64,000 nt of DNA from the human T2T-CHM13v2.0 reference genome, Homo sapiens. The notes under the pieces are model-generated. The model was given only the letters and a program-made list of their open reading frames with translations, was not told the origin of the DNA and searched no databases. Made by a program: the position numbers and the translations under genes. Where the stretch lies: NCBI RefSeq assembly GCF_009914755.1, contig NC_060936.1. The stretch is one strand, 5' to 3'. Of the stretch, positions 57,401 to 64,000 are shown in pieces. Numbering within the stretch: the first letter of the stretch is position 1; every line of letters begins with the position of its first letter.

Positions 57401-60400
57401 TTTGAGAATGTTTCTGTCTAGTTTGTATGTGAAGATATCCTGTCTACAACGAATTCCTCAAAGAGCTCCAAATATCCACAAGCAGATTCTACAAAAGCAG
57501 TGTTTCAAAACTGCTCCATCAAAAGAAAGGTTCAATTCTGTGAATTGAATGCACACATCACATAAAAGTTTCTGAGAATGCTTCTGTCAAGTTTTCATGT
57601 GAAGATATTTCCTTTTCCACAATAGTCCTCAAAGCGTTCAAAAAGAACACTTGTGGATTATACAGAAAGAAAGTCTCAAATCTCCTCTATCAAAAGAAAG
57701 GTTCAACTCTGTGAGTTGAATGTATACATCACAAAGTACTTTCTGAGAATGCTTCTGTGTAGTTTGTATATGAGGATACCAGTTTCCAATGACTTCCCCA
57801 AGAGTTCCAAGTATCCACAAGCAGATTCCACAAAAGGAGTGTTTCAATACTGCTCTATCAAAAGACAGGTTCAACTCTGCTATATGAATGCACAGATCTC
57901 AGAGAAGATCCTGGGAATGATTCTGTCTAGTTTTTATGTGAAGGTATTTCCTTTTCCACCATAGGCTTCAAAGCACTCCAAATGAACACTTGCAGATACT
58001 ACAAAAAGACTGTTTCAACACTGCTCTAACAAAAGAAGGGTTCCACTCTGTGAGGTGATTGCACACATCTCAAAGAAGTTTCTAAGAATGCTTCTATCTA
58101 CTTTGTATGTGTAGATATCACGTTTACAACGAATTCTTCAAAGAGCTCCAAATACCCACAAGCAGATTCTACAAAAGCAGTGTTTCAAAACTGCTCTATC
58201 AAAAGAAAGGTTCAACTCTGTGAATTGAGTACACACATCACGAAAAAGTTTCTGAGAATGCTTCTGTCTAGTTTTCATGTGAAGATATTTCCTTTTCCAC
58301 CATATGCCTCAAAACGTTCCAAATGAACACATGCAGATTATACAGAAATAATGTTTCATATATACTCTATCAAAAGAAGGTTCAACTCTGTGAGTTGAAT
58401 GCACTCATCACAAAGAAGTTTCTGAGAATACTTCTGCCTAGTTTTTTTCTGAAGATAGCCCGTTTCCAACGAATTCCTGGAAAAGTTTCATATATCCACA
58501 AGCAGATTCTCCAAAGAATTGTTTTAAAACTGCTCTATTAAAAGAAAGGTTCCACTCTATGAATTGAACGCAGACATCACAAAGGAATTTCTGAGCATGC
58601 TTCTGTCCATTTTTTATGTGAAGATATTTCCTTTTCCACCATAGACATCAAAGCTCTCCAAATGAACACTGGCAGATTTTAACAAAAGAGTGTTTCAAAA
58701 CTGCTCTGTCAAAAGAAAGGTTCAACTCTGTTAGCTATATGCACACATCACAATGAAGTTCCTGAGAATGCTTCTGTCTAGTTTTTATGTGAAGATATAT
58801 CCTTTTCCAACAAAGGCTTCAAATCGCTCCAAATATCCACTTGCAGATTCTACAAAAAGACTGTTTCCAAACTGCTCTATCAAAAGAAAGGATCAAATCT
58901 GTGAGTTGAATGCACACATCACAAAGCAGTTTCTGAGAATGATTCTGTCTTGTTTTTCTGTGTATATATTTCATTTTCCACCATAGGCCTCAAATTGCTC
59001 CAAATATCCACTTGCAGGTAACACCAAAGGAGTGTTTCAAAACTGCTCTCCGAAAAGGAAGGTTGAACTCTGTGAGTTGAACGCACACATCACAAAGCAG
59101 CTTCTGAGAATGCTTATGTCTAGTTTGTATGTGAAGATATCCCTTTTAAAACGAATTCCTCAAAGAGCTCCAAATATCCACAAGGAGATTCTAGAAAAGG
59201 TGTGTTTAAAACTGCTCTCTCAAAAGAAAGGTTCGACTATGTGAGTTGAATGCACACATCCCAAAAAAATTTCTGAGAATGCTTCTGTGTAGTTTTTATG
59301 TGAAGATATTTCCTTTTCCACCACAGGCTTCAAAGCACTCCAAATGAACACTTGCAGATTCTACAAAAAGACTGTTTCAAATCTGCTCCATCAAAGGAAG
59401 GATTCAACTCTGTGAGTTGAATGCACACACCACAAAGCAGTTTCTGAGAATGCTTCTGTCTATGTTTTTGTGAAGATATTTAATTTTCCACCGTAGGACT
59501 CAAATCGCTCCAAATATCCATTTGCAGGTAACATCAAAGGACAGTTTCAAAACTGTTCTCTGAAAAGGAAGGTTGAACTCTGTGAGTTGAACGCACACAT
59601 CACAAAGCAGCTTCGGAGAATGCTTCTGTCTCGTTTGTATGTGTAGATATCCCTTTTACAACTAATTCCTCAAAGAGCTCCAAATATCCACAAGCAGATT
59701 CTACAAAAGCAGTGGTTCAAAACTGCTCTCTCAAAAGAACGATTCAGCTCTGTGAATTCAATGTACACATCACAAACATTTCTGAGAACTCTTCTGTCTA
59801 GTTTTCATATAAAGATAATTCCTTTTCCACCTTAGGCCTCAAAGCACACCAAATGAATACTTGCAGATTACACAGAAACAATGTTTCTAATCTGCTCTAT
59901 CAAAAGAAAGGTTCCACTCTGTGAGTTGAATGCACACATCACAAAGTATTTTCTGAGAATACTTCCGCCTAGTTTTTTTCTGAAGATAGCCCGTTTCCAA
60001 CGAATTCCTCAAATTTTCATATATCCAAAAGCAGATTTTGCAAAAGAAATATTTCAAAACTGCTCTATCAAAAGAAAGTTTCCACTTTGTGAATTGAACT
60101 CTCACATCACAAAGGAGTTTCTTAGAATGCTTCTGTCTATTTTTTATGTGAAGTTACTTCCTTTTCCACCATGGACCTCAAAGTTCTCCAAATGAACACT
60201 TGCAGATTTTACCAAAAGAGTGTTTCAAAACGGCTCTGTCAAAAGAAAGGCTCAACTCTGGGGGTTGAATGCACACATCACAAAGCAGTTTCTGAGAATG
60301 CTTCTCTCTAGTTTTTCTCTGAAGGTATTTCCCTTTCCACCATAGGCCTTAAACCGCTCCAAATATGCACTTGCAGGTAACTCAAAAAAACTGTTTCAAA

Positions 60401-63400
60401 ACTGCTCTCCGAAAAGGAAGTTTGAATGCTCTGAGTTGAACGCACACATCACAAAGCAGCTTCTGAGAATGCTTCTGTCTTGCTTGTATGTGAAGATATC
60501 CCCTTTACAAATAATACCTCAAAGAGCTCCAAATATCCACAAGCAGATTCTACAAAAGGTGTGTTTCAAAACTGCTTTATCAAAAAAAAGTTCAAGTATG
60601 TGATTTAAATGCACACATCACCAAAAGTTTCTGAGAATGATTCTGTCTAGTTTTTATGTGAAGATATAAACTTTTCCAGCATAGGCTTCAAAGCGCTCCA
60701 AATGAACACTTGCAGATACCACAAAAAGACTGTTTCAAAGGTGCTCCAGCAAAGGAAGGGTTCAACTCCGTGAGTTGAATGCACACATCAAAAAGCAGTT
60801 TCTGAGAATCCTTCTGTCCAATTTTTACGTGACAATATTTCCTTTTCCACCATAGGCCTGAACTCGCTCCTAATATCCACTTGCAGATACTACAAAAACA
60901 CTGTTTCAAAACTACTCTCTCAAAAGGAAGGTTCAAATCTGTGATTTGAATGCACACATCACAAAGCAGTTTCTGAGAATGCTTCTAGTTTGCATATGAA
61001 GATATCCCGTTTACAACGAATTCCTCAAAGAGCTCCAAATATCGTCAAGCAGATTCTACAAAAGGTGTGTTTCAAAACTGTTCTATCAAAAGAGAGGGTC
61101 AACACTGTGAGTTGAATGCGCACATCACAATGCAGGTTCTGAGAATGCTTCTTATTTGTATGTGAAGATATCCCATTTACAACGAATTCCTCAAAGAGCT
61201 CCAAATATCCACAAACACATTCTACAAAAGGAGTGTTTCAAAACTGCTCTATCAAAAGAGAGGTTCAACTCTGTGAGCTGAATGCAGACATCACAAAAAA
61301 GTTTCAGAGAATGCTTCTGTCTAGTTTTTATGTGAAGATATTTCCTTTTCCACCATAGGACTCGAAGCACTCAAAATGAACACTTGCAGATTATACAGAA
61401 AGAAAGTTTCGATTCTGCTCTATCAAAAGAAATGTTCAATTGTGTAAGTTGAATGCACACATCACAAAGAACTTTCTGAGATTGCTTCTTTATAGTTTTT
61501 ACATGAAGATACCCGTTTCCAAAGAATTCCCCAAGAGTTCCAAATATCCAGAAGCAGATTCCACAAAATGAGTGTTTCAATACTGCTTTATCAAAAGACA
61601 GGTTCAACTCTGTTAGTTGATTGCACACTACTCAAATTAGAACGTGGGAATGCTTCTGTGTAATTTTTATGTGAAGATATTTCTTTTTCCCCCATAGGCT
61701 TCAAAGCACTCCAAATGAACAATTGCAGATACTACAAAAAGACTGTTTCAAAACTGCTGTTACAAAAGAAGAGCTCCAGTCTGTGAAGTAAATGCACACA
61801 TCACAATGCAGTTTCTGAGAATGCTTCTGTCTAGGTTGCATGTATAGATATCCTGTTTAAAACGAATTCCTCAAAGAGCTCCAAATAACCACAAGCAGAT
61901 TCTACAAAAGCAGTGTTTCAAAACTGCTCTATCAAAAGAAATGTTCTACTCTGTGAATTGAATGCACACACCACAAAAAAGTTTCTGAGAATGCTTCTGT
62001 CTAGTTTTCATGTGAAGATATTTCCTTTTCCACCATAGGCCTCAAAGTGCTCGAAATGAACAATTGCAGATTATACAGAAAGAGTGTTTCAAATCTGCTC
62101 TATCAAAAGAAAGGTTCAACTCTGTGAGTTGAATGCACACATCACAAAGAAGTTTCTGAGAATACTTCTGCCTAGTTTTTTTCTGAAGATAGCCCGTTTC
62201 CAACGAATTCCTGAAAAAGTTTCATATATCCACAGGCAGATTCTACAAAAGAAGTGTTTCAAAACTGCTCTATCAAAAGAAAGGTTCCACTCTGTGAATT
62301 GAACACAGACATCACAAAGGAGTTTCTGAGAATGCTTCTGTCTAGTTTTTATGTGAAGATATTTCCTTTTCCACCGTAGGCATCAAAGCTCTCCAAATGA
62401 ACACTTGCAGATTTTACCAAAAGAGTGTTTCAAAGCTGCTCTGTCAAAAGAAAGGTCTAACTCTGTTAGCTGAATGCACACGTCACAAAGAAGTTCCTGA
62501 GAATGCTTCTGTCTGGTTTTTATGTGAAGATATATCCTTTTCCAACATAGGCCTCAAATAGCTCCAAATATAAACTTGCAGATAACCCCAAAAGACTGTT
62601 TCAATACTGCTCTCTGAAAAGGAAGGTTCAACTCTGTGAGTTGAACGCACACGTCTCATAGCAGCATCTGAGAATGCTTCTGTCTAGTTTATATGTGAAG
62701 ATGTCCCATTTACAACAAATTCCTCAAAGAGATCAAAATATCCACAAGGAGAGTCTACAAAAGGTGTGTTTCAAAGCTGCTCTATCAAAAGAAAGGTTCA
62801 TCTCTGTGAGTTGAATGCATACATCACAAAAAAGTTTCTGAGAATGCTTCTCTCTAGTTTTTACGTGAATATATTACCTTTTCCACCATAGGCTTCAAAG
62901 CGTTGCAAATGAACACTTGCAGATTCTAAAAAAAGGACTGTTTCAAAAGTGCTCCATCAAAGGAAGGGTTCAAATCTGTGAGTTGAATGCACACATCACA
63001 GAGCAGTTTCTGGGAATGCTTCTGTCTAGTTTCTATGTGAAGATATTACCTTTTCCACAATAGGCCTCAAATCGCTCAAAATATCCACTTGCAGGTAACA
63101 CCAAAACACAGTTTCAAAACTGCTCTCTGAAAAAGAAGATTGAATTCTGTGAGTTGAACGCACAGATCACATAGCAGCATCTGAGAATGCTTCTGTCTAG
63201 TTTGTATGTGAAGATAACCCATTTACGATGAATTCTTTGAAGAGTTCTAATACCCACAACAGATTCTACAAAAGGTGTGTTACAAAACTGCTCTATCAAA
63301 AGAAAGCTTCAACTTTGTGAGTTGAATGCACACATCACAAAAAAGTTTCTGAGAATGCTTCTGTCTAGTTTTTATATGAAGATATTACCTTTTCCACCAT

Positions 63401-64000
63401 AGGCTTCAAAGCGCTCCAAATGAACACTTGTAGATTCTACAAAAGGATGTTTCCAAACTGCTCCATCAAAGGAAGGATTCAACTCTGTGAGTTGAATGCA
63501 CACAAGAGAAAACAGTTTCTGAGAATACTTCTGTCTAGTTTTTATGTGAAGATATTTCCTTTTCCTCCATAGGCCTATAATCGCTCAATATATACCCTTG
63601 CAGATACTACAAAAACACTGTTCCAAAACTGCTCTCTGAAAATGTAGGTTCAACTCTGTGAGTTGAATACACACATCACAAAGCAGTTTCTGATAATGCT
63701 CCTAATTTGTATGTGAAGATATCCTGTTTACAAAGAATTCCTCAAAGAGCTCAAATATACACAAGCAGATTCTCCAAAGAGTGTTTCAAAACGGCTCTAT
63801 CAAAAGAGAGGTTCAAATCTGTGAGTTGAATGCACACATCACAAAAAAGTTTCTGAGAATGCTTCTGTCTAGTTTTTATGTGAAGATATTTCCTTTTCCA
63901 ACTTAGCCCTCAAATCACTCCAAATATCCACTGGCATATACTACAAAAACACTGTTTCAAAATTGCTCTCTCAAAAGGAAGGTTCATCTCTCTGAGTTGA

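Larger units (their letters stand above)
25115..64000 (-). repeat. Alpha satellite array, reverse orientation (~39 kb, runs off the window end)
   Basis: Reverse-complement motifs (GTTTCTGAGAATGCTTCTGTCTAG, GAAGATATTTCCTTTTCCACCATAGG, GTTCAACTCTGTGAGTTGAATGCACACATCAC) recur every ~170 bp. I saw no non-satellite insertion. Confidence 0.99.

Overview
This window is not microbial. It is great-ape (probably human) pericentromeric DNA made almost entirely of divergent ~171-bp alpha satellite, with irregularly mixed A-type (pJalpha box) and B-type (CENP-B box) monomers, as expected of an old, inactive SF5/R1-R2-like or divergent-HOR layer. Two large structures break the array. The first is a full-length, ~6.04-kb, disabled LINE-1 (L1PA2/young-L1PA3-like) on the minus strand at 9391-15430, with a 13-bp target-site duplication. 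The second is a strand switch at ~25115-25150, where the satellite flips orientation through a double breakpoint with microhomology. There are no intact protein-coding genes: the short ORFs in the track are satellite artefacts or L1 fragments. The points worth following up are structural: the complex inversion junction, which falls in the same monomer type and position as the L1 insertion; remnants of a scrambled higher-order repeat (5-monomer core, 6-, 7- and 17/18-monomer offsets); arm-specific diagnostic variants; many retained CENP-B boxes; and several young micro-rearrangements. I found no evidence of a new coding system. All comparisons were made by eye, and subfamily calls rely on recalled consensus sequences.
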